Assembly (NCBI GenBank): GCA_951406725.2
Contig: OX597815.1
Location: 197,284,001-197,348,000 of the forward strand
Direction of reading: 5' to 3'
Source of the DNA: Octopus vulgaris
Taxonomy: Eukaryota
DNA length: 64,000 bases
The position numbers and the translations under genes are program-made. How positions within the stretch are numbered: the first letter of the stretch is position 1; each line of letters starts with the position of its first letter. This document shows positions 50,883-63,694 of the stretch, one piece after another. A model generated the notes under the pieces. It had not been told where the DNA came from. It ran no database searches and was given only the letters and a program-made list of their open reading frames with translations.

Positions 50883-51264
50883 TCTTTATATATAAAAGAA
50901 AGGTTGTGTGTCTGTCTACTCCGATTTAGATTCCTAACTACTCCCACATTTTGCGGTGCAGTTTAACCAAAACCGGGTATCTTATAGTCGTGATTTATAT
51001 CGAGCCCTTCTGGGTATAAGCGCGCGTCTACGATGAGTCTACGATTTTAAAAATAATTTACCATTATGTTTTTCCATTTTAATGCATATTTTTTTTAATA
51101 TAAGGGAAGTAACTCTCTAAAAATGTCTACGATGAGTCAACGACTTTTAAAAAAAATTTTTCCATTTTTAATGCATTTTTTGCTATTTTTTGGCTATAAC
51201 TCTCTAAAAATGATTTATAGTTATTTCCCTTACAAACCCGAGCAACGCCGGGCGATACTGCTAG
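50883..51264 (+). mobile_element. Non-autonomous Helitron (same family as 13895-14279)
   Basis: A|TC start, CCCGAGCAACGCCGGG hairpin, CTAG|T end. Confidence 0.85.
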
Positions 51265-51454
51265 TGCTTAATATAGACGTGCATAATCTCTGTGTCTCAC
51301 TGCACTAATTTATTCATTAGACTCTCCAATATTCAAATAGTCAGGAACATTTGAACACCCGCCGCTATTTCAAAATGTATTCCTTTTGTTGCAATGATGG
51401 GATTCTAATCTAATCCCATATGATCAGAATTCATGTTATATAGCTGTAGGTTCT

Positions 51455-52001
51455 TCGTCTGTCTTTACGTTCCGAGTTCAAATTCCGCCGAGGTCGACTT
51501 TGCCTTTCATCCTTTCGGGGTCGATAAATTAAGTACCACTTACCTACTGGGATCAATCTATTTGGCTGGCTCTCTCCCCTAAAATTTCGGGTCGTGTGCC
51601 TAGAGTAGAAAAGAGTATATATCTGTTGGTCATCGTATAAGATTTTTGCCCACTTGCAGGCATCTGACTGGGTTGTTATGTAGTAAGTTAAGGCGGCGAG
51701 CTGGCAGAAACGTTAGCACGCCGGACAAAATACTTTGCGGCATTTCGTCTGCCGTTACGTTCGGAGTTCAAATTCCGCCGAGGTCGACATTGCCTTTCAT
51801 CCATTAGGGGTTGATAGATAAAGTACCAGTTACGCACTGGGGTCGATATAATCGACTTAATCCGTTTATCTGACCTTGTTTGTCCTCTCTGTGTGGGCAA
51901 TAAAGAAATAGGTATTTCGTCTGCCGCTACGTTCTGAGTTCAAATTCCGTCGAGGTCGACTTTGCCTTTCATCCTTTCGTAGTCGATTGTAAAGAAATAG
52001 G
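51455..52001 (+). mobile_element. Family B SINE copies (51455-51612 partial; 51690-52001 monomer plus a partial second unit)
   Basis: Repeated gagttcaaattccgccgaggtcgactttgcctttcatcctttcg. Confidence 0.85.
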
Positions 52002-54513
52002 TTATGTGGTAATTTATGCGGCAACTGATTTCATATTTCATGCGCGAGTGTTTTAAAGTTTCCACTCAGCCTAACAGCCCAGCATATCTCTTAATGCATC
52101 TACTGCAATCTAATCATTAGTAGTGTTTCATACATTTTTCGAAATCTCTCAAGAGGTGGTTTTTTTTTTGCCTTTGAAGTGAATAAATATCAATTAATGT
52201 ATGGAACCCTTTCAGGAAAATAACCCTATTACGATGTTAACTTCCTTCGTACTTTTGAGTAATATGAGCAGTAATAACATAGCCAATATATTATGGGAAA
52301 TAACAACTTTTATAACACAACAAATTTCATATTTTCTTAAAATTCATATTATTTTCTAGCATGATCTATTCATATATTAAGTGTTTCGAGTTATTTGATA
52401 TAAGTGCTTCGATAGAAATGGAATTATTTAAGTAAATCATTTACGGAAATGATTCAAATTTTGAATTATTTCAAAGATGATATTTCAAATTATAGTTCAA
52501 TTACCCGAGCTGCGAAAATTGAAGGTTTCTTAGATAATGTTCGAGTGAAAGCTTTGCACATCTCCAGAATAGTTTGTTTCCTACGTCATTTGATTATTAC
52601 GAGCATTATAGATTCGTTTGAAATTGAATGATGAGAAATTAGAACAATAGTTACCGAACCACCCTTAACACTAAACGAAATATCAACATTTATATACTCC
52701 AAACACTGTTTACTTTTTCTTTCAATTTCCTTTCCAAATCGCTTAATTCTCAATGTTTGGATCAACGTTGCTTTAATGATTTACCACTGCATTCATAAAA
52801 CATACACATATGCAGTACCAATACGCTACATTTTTAGGGCAATTCTCTCAGTGGGTGAGGCCATGAACTCTGTACCAACGTATCATCTAAAGTGATCTAT
52901 TCTGACTCTATTAAACACGATGATAGTCACCATTTTCAATGAAAAGCATTATGTAACATCTTATCAGTAATGTACCCGATTTTCATAATAACATTAGTCA
53001 TTTAGTGAAATGAACTACTAACCCAACAATAATGTCACAACAAATTCTATCAACACGATGTCAAAGGAAACTCAGAATGAATGCATGGTTGCTGTTGATC
53101 TGGGTATTAATTTCGTACATGAAAAGTTACTCAATTGTGTAAAATTTCTCCCCATTAAGTCCATTACATTCATTTCACAACACATACACATTGAAACGAT
53201 GAAAGATAGAATTATTAAAGTTAGCAATGATTGTATAACATTAGCTTGTCTGGGAGGCAATAACAAATAAATGTACTTTGGGTGTAATAAAATATTTATT
53301 GATTATTGAAATTAAATAATCTAATTGAACTTTATCCGCAAGCCACATCGTGGACAAAATACACATTTTCGTTAATTCACAAAATTAGTAAGAAAGAAAA
53401 TTATATTTTCGATAATTATGCTAAAGTAATTGTGAATTCCACATTTTTTTTATTAAATTTAGCAGTTTATTTCATATAATGAGCATTTTTAAAATAGTGC
53501 CTCGACCTTTCCAATTACGTTCATAAATACCGATTAGATATTTTGTTTTTTACCCATTTGTTTTACTAAATGTTGAGCTTTCGACAAAAGAGAATTATAT
53601 AGAAATGAATTAAATTTATACTGAAATACACAAAACATGGAAGTAAAACTTCTAGTAATATGCATTAAATAATTTAAGGAAGAAATATTATTGCCGATGT
53701 GTTTGAAGGTTCAATACTTGTTCTGGTAGACCAGTTGTTTTCATGTATCTATGTATAGTATTTGAGTAAAACATCATACTGCTGATAGCATTATAAAAAG
53801 AAAAAAAATCTAAAATGCAGCTGAGGGTGATGATGATAATGGTGAGGATGATGATGATATCCCTAATTGCTGAAGGGGCTCACATATTTTAGTATAAGGC
53901 GGTCACGAAAGAAATCAATCAGCTTCAATCTGGGAAGTGGTTGTAGAATAATTGGTGTACAAAGAGAACTTGTATACTGGTTTCGATTCAATCGACTCTA
54001 CCTGAAAGGGATAATGATATTGTAATGGATATGCATTTGTATAAGAAGAGCTATATGTGTACGTATGTATATATGTAACGTATGTATGTAATGTATGTAC
54101 GTATGTAATATAATAATGTGGCTGTTATTGTTATTGTTGTTAGCACAATGCCAATAATGGAGCAGATGGAAGGACAAAGCCATTTCAGACCTGACAAATA
54201 TCAATATTCAAATATATATATGTGTGTGTAAGTGTGTGTGTATGTGTGTGTGTACGTGTGTGTAACAAATGAGAAAAAGGGAAAAGGGAATGCATAAGAC
54301 TATTAATCATTACGAGCGTTGCGACACAGTGGTCTTTCTCACGCGGGTGAAATTCTGAACAACTTGTCGCAATGCATCCTTCGCCGCAGATGTGTCTCAT
54401 CAGGTGATTTTTCAAAGTATAGCCAACTAGAAACGATATTTCTTGGGGGTGAAAACAACAGTATCATCGTCCCCTTACAGAAGAGCCACATTATGCTGGC
54501 AAATACTTTTATT

Positions 54514-54558
<45 letters not shown>

Positions 54559-56196
54559 CGATAATCGTGACTCAATTTGAAGCAATGTTAACATGCCGTC
54601 TAAGGATCTGCACGTTTAGGTAGAGTTGTGGCTCTGATGGGCACCTCTTATAGAAGATTTTCAGAATGTTACTACCCACCGTGGTCCCCTATTGCCAATT
54701 AAACCACTTATAAAAGTGATGTTAAATACTCAGAAATGCCTGTGCGTAAAGCATTTTAAAGTGAAGAAAAGCTTTGCAAAGGTCCAACCCAACTCTCTAA
54801 ACAATGTTTGCTATTTCCCCCAAACGAAGAAATAATCTACACTAACAGATGCAAATGACGCCACACGTAATGCACAATAATTTTCCTTCTTGTAGGAGGA
54901 AACACACACAAACACACAAACACTCACACAAACACACACGCACTCACAAACACACAGACATACACACACAAATATCTTGAAATAAGATGTTGGTACATAG
55001 TCCAGTAAACTGAAATTCTAATGACACAGGCCTCCGGAAACACTGTTGAATAATAAGTAATATTTGCTGCAGATAACGTATAAATTAATGGAAAAAACAT
55101 CAAGAAAATTCGTTTAATCTAACACAAATATTATTGAGAGATTACATTGAAGTTAATCATTATATCATTAGAAGATAATTGTAGATATGCACCATGAACA
55201 TCGCAGAGAACATCATTATATGTACTTAACCAATAAACACATAAATATGACTGAACGTATTAGCAATACAATGTACTGAAGCAGTTTGATGCAAACATAT
55301 CAGAATTTAAAACCTATTTGACTCATTATACACGGTTTGTTATGGAAAGCGAAGAACCCATTTGATCAAACAGTGTATTTTGTAGTTTATTCGAATTAAA
55401 ACATTTCTTTGTGTTCTAATCTTAAATGTGTTATATTTATGTCTTTAAACAATCGCGTTTTATTCTCTTTTGTTCATACGAAGATTTCATATGCAATGAA
55501 TATCTCACAATATGCTTATCAGAATAGACATTACAAAATTGAATTCCAAAGGTGTTTACACAATGATTCTTATGATTTAGAATCGCTATTAAGTTACGTT
55601 GATGAGGTATGAGGGTTTATTTTCATGTTTGGTTAAGGATATAAAATAAGCGTAGTTAGAAGGGCATGTTATCAAACTTTCCATTATTAGGTTTACTTAG
55701 CATTGTGCAACAATGTATAACCCAACGGAAAATAAAGCTCCCAGGAAATGCATATATTTGAAATATATTTGAAATTCAGCCAACCTGTTCCTGGTGTACA
55801 TAGTTTCGAAAAACAAAGCTAATGTGAAGATGAACAAAGACAGTTTTCTTAATATATTCTATACGTTAACAGTAGCTTATTGATATTCCTTGCATTATTT
55901 GGACCGCTTCCCAAGTAAGGGTCTCGATGAATCATTGCTTCGCTTCAACTGTGAAAGGGACAAACACTCCATGGATTTTCAACGTACAAATATTTTTACT
56001 TCTATTCAAACTTATATTTCACTGTATTCATTCCACGAATTTTACAAATGAAATTTAAAGGGTTATATAAAATGTAACTGCTTTCTATGCCCTAAGAAAC
56101 GAGTACATAATGGATTTCAAATGTATGTAGGTATGTAGGTATATATGTATATATATGCATACACACAGAGACGCCCACACAAAAAGTCACGCATAT

Positions 56197-56272
<76 letters not shown>

Positions 56273-56329
56273 GTGTGTGTGTGTGTGTGTGTAGTTGAAA
56301 AATATCGTTATAGGTATAAATATACCATA

Positions 56330-56890
56330 AAGAATTATAGAAAAATGGAGGAGAAAAAGATGTTGAATCAACCGGAAAATAAATGGTTATCACGTAATGA
56401 GGGACCAGTGCCAACATCAAAACCAAAACTCTATCTACAAACATCATTGTTCTTTGTTTGGTGGAACATGCAACATATCCTCATTTAGAAGCTACTGGAA
56501 CATGGAAGGACCATCAACGCAGGTGTCTCTTACCAAGAACTTGATCCTACAAAGGAAAAATTGTCGAAAATGACCAGCTTTGGTAAACAAAAATGTGCTC
56601 TTCCCCAGTATTACAATGCACGGCCACACTCTTCGAAATATAAGATCATTAGCATGGGAAATTATTATCCTCCATACTCATCTGACTCATTACCTACGGA
56701 TTTCCATATTTCCGATGACTAGAACATTTTATAAGAGGCAAAATATTTAGAAACAGAGAGGGAGTTGAAAAGAGTCTCTCAACTATTCTTTCAGGAAAAG
56801 AAATAGGTTTCTTTAAACGTGGCATAAAATAGTTCATTGCCCTTTGGGGTGCCGTCATTGAAAACGAAAGTGATTACATTCTTGATAAAA
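56330..56890 (+). pseudogene. Degraded mariner (DD34D-type) transposase
   Basis: [40 protein letters not shown] (cf. HDNARPH), PPYSSDSLPTDFH (cf. PPYSPDLAP.DFH), FFKRGI...WGAVIENESDYI. Confidence 0.8.
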
Positions 56891-57529
56891 CCTATTCAGA
56901 TAAATGTAGTATACACACGTGTTTATATACTTTCTTGTAAAAAGCAATTACTTTCCCAACACTTTAATACACACATAAATACATACATGCATACATACAT
57001 ACATACATACATACATACATACATACATTTTGTACCTTCTGTGTGCAACTAGCTGTACGACTGCTGCCGTTATGTTTAAAGGTCTACAAATATTATCATC
57101 ATCCATTCTGCTTCCAGTACAGTGGTTAAGCAACTACTATACTTAGCATTATAATGCAAGTTTTACGCTTTGCCATTCTGGTTATTTGAATTTTTGCATT
57201 GTACGATCCAAGTGTAATTGGAGTACTTATGGCACTATTTCTCAGTAACATAATACAATAAGTGTTCCTAGATGATTCATTGCGGTTGAACATCCAGTTG
57301 CGTTTGGCACATCTAATGCAGAGATCCAAACAGTCAAAATAGTGAAACGTACATAGGAACATATAATACTTCCTGCTTTAGGTTCAAAGCCTGAGGAGGC
57401 GAGTCGATTATAATGACCCTAATACTCAAGTGGTAGACTTTTTTCCAGACACTTCAAGGATGAAAGCCAATATTGACCATAACTGAATTTGAACGTAGGA
57501 ACATATAATATGAACTTGTGTTTTGCCGT

Positions 57530-57780
57530 ACACTCTCTTGCAGAATTTGCGAAAATATTTTTCATATAACGACTTAAATTCTAGCATTTCAAAATGCGCA
57601 CACTTTCTCATGAAAATCAGTCTAAACAATTTTTTGTCTTCATGTTTATAAAAAAGAATTACGATATTTATTTTAGAACTTATGAAGAGAAATGTAAAAA
57701 TCGTAAATAAGAATATATATATATGTACACACACACACACACCACACACATATAGGTGGATAAATATATATGTATATGTA

Positions 57781-57849
<69 letters not shown>

Positions 57850-57906
57850 GTATGTATATATATATGTATATATATATATGTGTGTATATATATATGTGTA
57901 TATATA

Positions 57907-57949
<43 letters not shown>

Positions 57950-58002
57950 GTGTATATATATATGTGTATATATATATATGTGTATATATATGTATATATA
58001 TA

Positions 58003-58049
<47 letters not shown>

Positions 58050-59725
58050 GTATATATATGTATATATATGTATATATATATGTATATATGTATGTATGTA
58101 TATATGTATGTATACATATGCACATATAAATTATGTACTTATAAACGCATACCGGAATAGTTTCATATGTCTATGAATGTATATTATCATATGCAACATT
58201 TTCAGACCAGGGCATAGCTAAACATTGCATATTTATCTTATCATGTCTTCTGGTTTCTTTTCTTCTGCCACCAGCAAACCTTTTTCCGTCGCAGACGCTT
58301 TTCCTATCGGAATGTGCCAGTATATCTAAATATCTGCAAGTTCATGCTGTATATGTAACAACGAAACTTAGACTCTCACATAACGTGGTGTATACATATA
58401 CAAGAGACACACACTTATTAAGCATTTGAAGCAAGCTCTCGATACGGCGTGTTTTCTATAGCTATGCTGTTTAAGTATATAGACGGAATATTGTAATAGA
58501 TTATTTATAAAGATGTGGCTTGTATATTTATTATTGGCGTTTGTATTTACATGTAGGTACCAATGGAACCGAATGCTAGAAATTCTATATTCAAATATAA
58601 ATCTATTTACACATTCAAACAATGTGATTACTTCAATGTGTTTTGCCATGGGTTCTGTTTCAAATCCTTTCTCTTATGTAAATTATAGCGTATGAAACTA
58701 CCAGCGTTTGGAAATCTTTTAAAATGTTACATAAATAATAAAAGCCTGTATTCGTTTAATAGTCATTTCAATTGCACTGCAATAATTCTAAAGGAAATTA
58801 TATATGTACATAAAAGGGAACAAGTTATCAGATTTATATTCCCATATGCAGGGGCAATATATATCATATATCTGTTGTGATGCCTATAGAGCAATATCTC
58901 TTTGAGTTTTAGAAACTATAGATTTATATTTTTGTAATGTTTGAGCGTTAACTTTCAATTCATAGATTTAATCCTTTTATAATTGTTACAAAGGCGATAT
59001 ATTATTTTCATTTTCGAATACGTTTGCATTATTGGCCTCACGATAGTATCTTTTAAAAGTATTTCCTCCACCCACTCTAACATTTCTCTAAAATGTGCAA
59101 TTATTTCAAAATATAAAATTAATGTTCGGGATGAAACATAATTGTAGACTAATATGTCTTCTCCATAATATGTTTTATAAGATAAGTACTTTGATAATAC
59201 TTTTTTGCTTATTTAAAACGTTCCTGGGTATTATTTAAACATAAATGCATACTTTTCGCCTTTGATGAAATGTTTTATCATATTACTATCCGATCTTTCT
59301 TTGTAATTCCATCGTAAAGAAATATAGTTATGGGCTTCGTAGTTTTAGGAAAGGAGATCAATAGTAAGTATATTTTCTGATAAACGTAGCTATAGAATAC
59401 TAAATGATATAGATGCATGTATCAATAGATATTTCTCTTTGAAGGTTTTAATGCCTGCTGATTTGAAATATTTCAGCTTGCATTCGTAGGAAAATATTAT
59501 ATTAAAAGGATCTGATGAATTGCAGCAGGGATGGTTTGAGAACTTGCGGAAACTACGAAAATACTTTCCATATAACGATTTAAACTCACATATTTAAAAT
59601 TTCACACAATTTCCCATACAAAGTTGTCTAAACAATTTTTCTTTTTCATGTTTATAAAAATGTACTGCAGTATTTATTTTAGAACTTATGATGGGAACTA
59701 TAAATATCTTAAGTAAGAATATTTC
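57530..59725 (+). repeat. Diverged direct repeat pair of about 190 bp (57530-57715 and 59540-59725)
   Basis: Shared gtctaaacaattttt...catgtttataaaaa...tatttattttagaacttatga. Confidence 0.75.
58190..58700 (-). pseudogene. Possible degraded piggyBac C-terminal fragment
   Basis: KSVCDGKRFAGGRRKETRR resembles the Cys-rich C..C...G.RKETR motif; otherwise weak. Confidence 0.25.
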
Positions 59726-60774
59726 AACAGCTGATATTATCGAGTCTGTTTCAATTCCCCTTCAATCCATTACATTTTTGTTATGAAAAACACAGTTCAA
59801 TAAATGAAAAAAATATGCCATGAATGTTATATTAATCCCTCCTCTTCATCATGTGAAACATTTGTTTCAAATGAGATTTTAATGTCTTCAAAATGTCTAA
59901 TAAATGTATATTTAGCAATAAGAATGCGTTTTAATTGTTTCATCTACATATACAAAATCATAAGTCGTTAAAAATAGCCTATGTTGTTTTCAATCTATAT
60001 TATCGTAATATAACAATAAACCGAGGAGAACATCATAATAAGGTTTCGAAACTAGCTAGAAATAGCGTAAATTACACTGGACTCTCATAAAATAGACGAA
60101 TACAATAGACAAAACATGCCAGTGTATGAATTGCCGAGAAAAATATGGTAAGGTTATCACTAGAAAGTTTTTGATCATAACTCTTGTGAATTAGACTTGA
60201 TGTAAAGAAGCAAAATCAATGCATATAAAATCCAAAATTAGATTGCACCTAAACTACAAAAGCATTCATTCTCTACGCTTTGATAAAGCTCATTAATATA
60301 TTTTCATTTACTTTTATTAAAATTTTATTCATTCATTGAACATTAATTCAGGAATTGCTCCCTTAACTTGTACATTCATATGGCGGATAATTAACACAAG
60401 AGTGTATGGTACAGAATTTTTACTGAATAATCAATGCGGCATGAGGTTAAATTTAAATCTGATATACTTATAGACTGATCACATGAAGCCAGTAATCTGA
60501 ACCAGACTTCAGAACCACATAGAGTTTAAACAATTATATCCTGGAACATCACAAGACACTAGTAAGAAATTTGAATACTTGATCAATGAAACTAAATTCA
60601 TAATAATTTTCATAATTCGAAACTCTAGAAATCCTTCAAATACTATCCCCACCTCTTCTCTCTGAATGTATATAATAGTTTGATAATAGAGTTTATTATA
60701 AGTAAAATTATTATATTATTTATATCTTTAAAATATTGTTTAAATATTTCTGATTATATTTTAGATATTACAAT

Positions 60775-60978
60775 CACCTGAAGATTGACTGTAACCATAA
60801 CTCGAATTATTACGAATTGGACAGCCATGAACCGATCGTAGTGTTTTACTCATTATCTTTTATTAAACTTTTAATAATATTGATATATATTTAAAATAAT
60901 ATAAATTAATTAATTTTATGTATTGGCTTAAGTTTTACATTGTTTGATTTGCCTAATACTGGTTTTATCTCTAATTTA

Positions 60979-60985
<7 letters not shown>
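60775..60985 (+). mobile_element. Putative Penelope-like pLTR with a degenerate hammerhead (60775-60843); family also at 32021-32170 and 35465-35623 on -
   Basis: cac-CTGAAGA-t-tgactgt...acagcca-t-GAAC-cgatcg-TA-gtg, then about 140 bp shared with the two other copies, ending at (TA)n. Confidence 0.6.
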
Positions 60986-61020
<35 letters not shown>

Positions 61021-61211
61021 CATACATATATATATTTACATATCGTGAAGTACATTTGCCACTTAAATGGGGCTAACCCCTAAGGGTGTATGCTACTATA
61101 GCTTGTAGCCCAAGGAGAACACCTCCTCCAGCTGGCTATTGTAACATTTTGTGTGACCTATCAGTATTTGCAAAAGGAAGCCATCCTTCCCGTCTTCAAC
61201 CTGGTATGATA

Positions 61212-61256
61212 CACACGGATCCGAGTTTCTGGATATTGACCTTTCATCAGCGTGTG
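61212..61256 (-). ncRNA. Hammerhead motif, degenerate copy
   Basis: Minus: cacacg-CTGATGA-a-aggt-caat-atcc-a-GAAA-ctcgga-TC-cgtgtg; core intact, stems II and III mutated. Confidence 0.55.
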
Positions 61257-62201
61257 ACAATCCCTGGTTATTTCTTTATTATAGGCACAAAGCCTGAATA
61301 CAGAGGGGACGTACACAAACATCTTCTTCGTTGCCAAAACTTACTTCCACTAAGCGATACTTTTTCCCACGTGTATATGAAAGAATGAATTACAATGAAT
61401 TAAATTACAGTGAATATGAAGCGGTTTTCTCGGTCCCGCTCCGAGACGAAACCGTGATGTCTTTTTTTACAATTAAACGTTCTTACAATCCCTTTTCTTT
61501 TTTTCCTTTTTAGCTTGTTCGTTTTCTTAATCTTTTGTTTTTTTTTTGTATCGTTTTTTCTTTTGTCTTTAAACTTTTTAACAGTCTATTTTCCTCGTTT
61601 TTTTCTTCTTCTTTATATGAAGTACAAATTTTACTTGTTTTTACATGTTCGTAAAGGGTTTTAAATCTTCTAATTCCACGACTGGTGGGAGCTCGTCAGA
61701 CTCGACTTCAACTCCCAGCGAGTCTATGAAATGTCCATACATCTCTTTTAATTCCAAAAATTTCTCTTTATCTACGACTATTCCTTTAGTGTATTCCGGG
61801 TATTTTTCTAGCGGCAGCTTTTCCCTTATAATGCTCAAGTTTCTTTTTCTTCGTAATTTTTCTACATTGTCCTACTTACATTTTTCATCCTTTCCCGTTA
61901 TGTTTCTCTCGGGGTTTTTTGTTTTCCTCTGTGCTTTTTCCTTCCTTCACCACCTCGCTGTTCTGGTACTTCCCTCCACTGCAACTCCACATTCTGCTCT
62001 CTCTCTCATATTCCGGTTCTTCTGTAACTCTGTTCGACTCTGCTTGTTCGTTCTCGCTTTGCGTGTCTCTGCTGTATCTGTTCTGGTTTCATTGTTTCGC
62101 CTCCTCATCGCTTTATATCTCTATTTCCTCTTCTGACATCTCTGTTGTTAACTCTTCTATAACTTTAGTTATATATTTGCAAAGGGAGGCCTACATTTCA
62201 T

Positions 62202-62643
62202 GGATCTTTTCGGTTTGAACGGCAGTTTTTAGCATAATTTCTAGGTAACTAAAACATTTTAAACTTCGTATACTGGTAGAATGTGTTTATAAAACATATT
62301 TTTCTCTTGACTTTATTGAGAAAATTCTATAGTTTGTAAGATATTTGTTGTTGTTTTTCTACAATTTCTGCAATTTCAACCAATCAGTGACGTCTATTGA
62401 GTTAAAAAGCATTCTGTGCCGTATGAATGTGTCCCTCGCTTAAGAAACGTTTATTTACATTTGTGAAGAAAAAGATACCCTTCCCCAACCCCTAACCCTA
62501 ACCCTAACTCACCCTGACTAACACTAACTAAGCCTAACCCTAAAAGAGATTGAAATGCTATAGATCGGTTCTAGGGTCATAATTATGGGTGACAATTTCA
62601 TATGACACCGCTAGAAAAACTGCCGTTCAAAACGAAAAGATCC
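62202..62643. mobile_element. Merlin-like MITE with internal (TAACCC)n-like repeats
   Basis: TIRs GGATCTTTTCGGTTTGAACGGCAGTTTTT / AAAAACTGCCGTTCAAAACGAAAAGATCC; 8-bp TSD CATTTCAT / CTTTTCAT; GG termini. Confidence 0.75.
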
Positions 62644-62668
62644 CTTTTCATCGACAATCAGGGATTGT

Positions 62669-62713
62669 CACACGCTGATGACGGGTCAATACCCAGAAAC
62701 TCGAGTCCGTGTG
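62669..62713 (+). ncRNA. Minimal type-I hammerhead ribozyme
   Basis: cacacg-CTGATGA-c-gggt-caat-accc-a-GAAA-ctcgag-TC-cgtgtg; 6-bp stem I, 4-bp stem II, palindromic stem III ACTCGAGT, GUC cleavage triplet. Confidence 0.8.
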
Positions 62714-62949
62714 TATCATAGGTTGAAGACTGGAAGGATGGCTTCCCTTTGCAAATACTGATAGGTCACAGAAAATGTGTCAATAGCCAGCTGCAGGAGG
62801 TGTCCTCCTGGGGCTACAAGCTACAGTAGCATCCACCCTTAGGGGTTAGCCACATTTAAGTGGTAAATGTACTTCACGATGTTGTGCAGCTACTGTTTAT
62901 ATCTCGTTCAGAGACTTATTATTGCTTATATATATATATGTATGTATGC

Positions 62950-62982
<33 letters not shown>

Positions 62983-63694
62983 TGTATGTATGCACGTACG
63001 TACGTACGTATGTATGTATGTATGTGTGTATTTGTCAGTATCTGTGTGTACATGTTCACACACACACACTTATATATACAGACTTGTATACATGTGTATG
63101 TATATACATGTGCACAGACTTACACACTTATATCGTAAGGCAAAAGACTAAAATGTAAGTAAATATGATGCAGTAGTTATACGTTTACTTACGAAAGAGA
63201 ACACAATCGTAAATTAATGTGTTGTAATACTGATCACGCCAACCAGAATGTTGAAATTGTTAACATCTGTTGACGATCAAGTGGTAACACGCAAAAGCAC
63301 TTTACTTAATTATTTTAGCCCGTTGTTCATACAAAAATTTTCTGATTAACACTTGCTTTCTTCAAAGAAAATTATAAAACTTTGTATGCAGGATTAGAAT
63401 TATTTTCAAACAAGAATTTAAAATTTGTCTTACTAGGTAACACTTAGGATGAAATTGTTAAGAAGTATAATGCATTAATTCACAGTGGATTTAATTCACG
63501 AAAATTTTATCAACATCTTACAATTCTCAGTTACAGCGTCTGCTTCAAATACAGGCTGAAAATGTATATCAAGTTTACACAGCCAACGTGAAAAAAATAT
63601 GAAACAGTATGCTTAGGATAAAAAGAAGATTTTGTAAATAAAAAGGACTTTGTGGAAAGAAGTAGTTGAGTGCATATACTCCTATAAAAGGAAA

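Larger units (their letters stand above)
61042..62880. mobile_element. Composite bounded by inverted, hammerhead-bearing arms of about 225 bp
   Basis: 61042-61269 is the diverged reverse complement of 62656-62880; TA-rich microsatellite outside both arms. Confidence 0.75.

Noticed and set aside
59512-59560. CTGATGAA...GGAAAC string
   Set aside because: No UH site or stem I/III pairing, and the related repeat at 57530 lacks it.
62487-62544. (TAACCC)n as a telomere or fusion scar
   Set aside because: Short, degenerate and enclosed within MITE TIRs.
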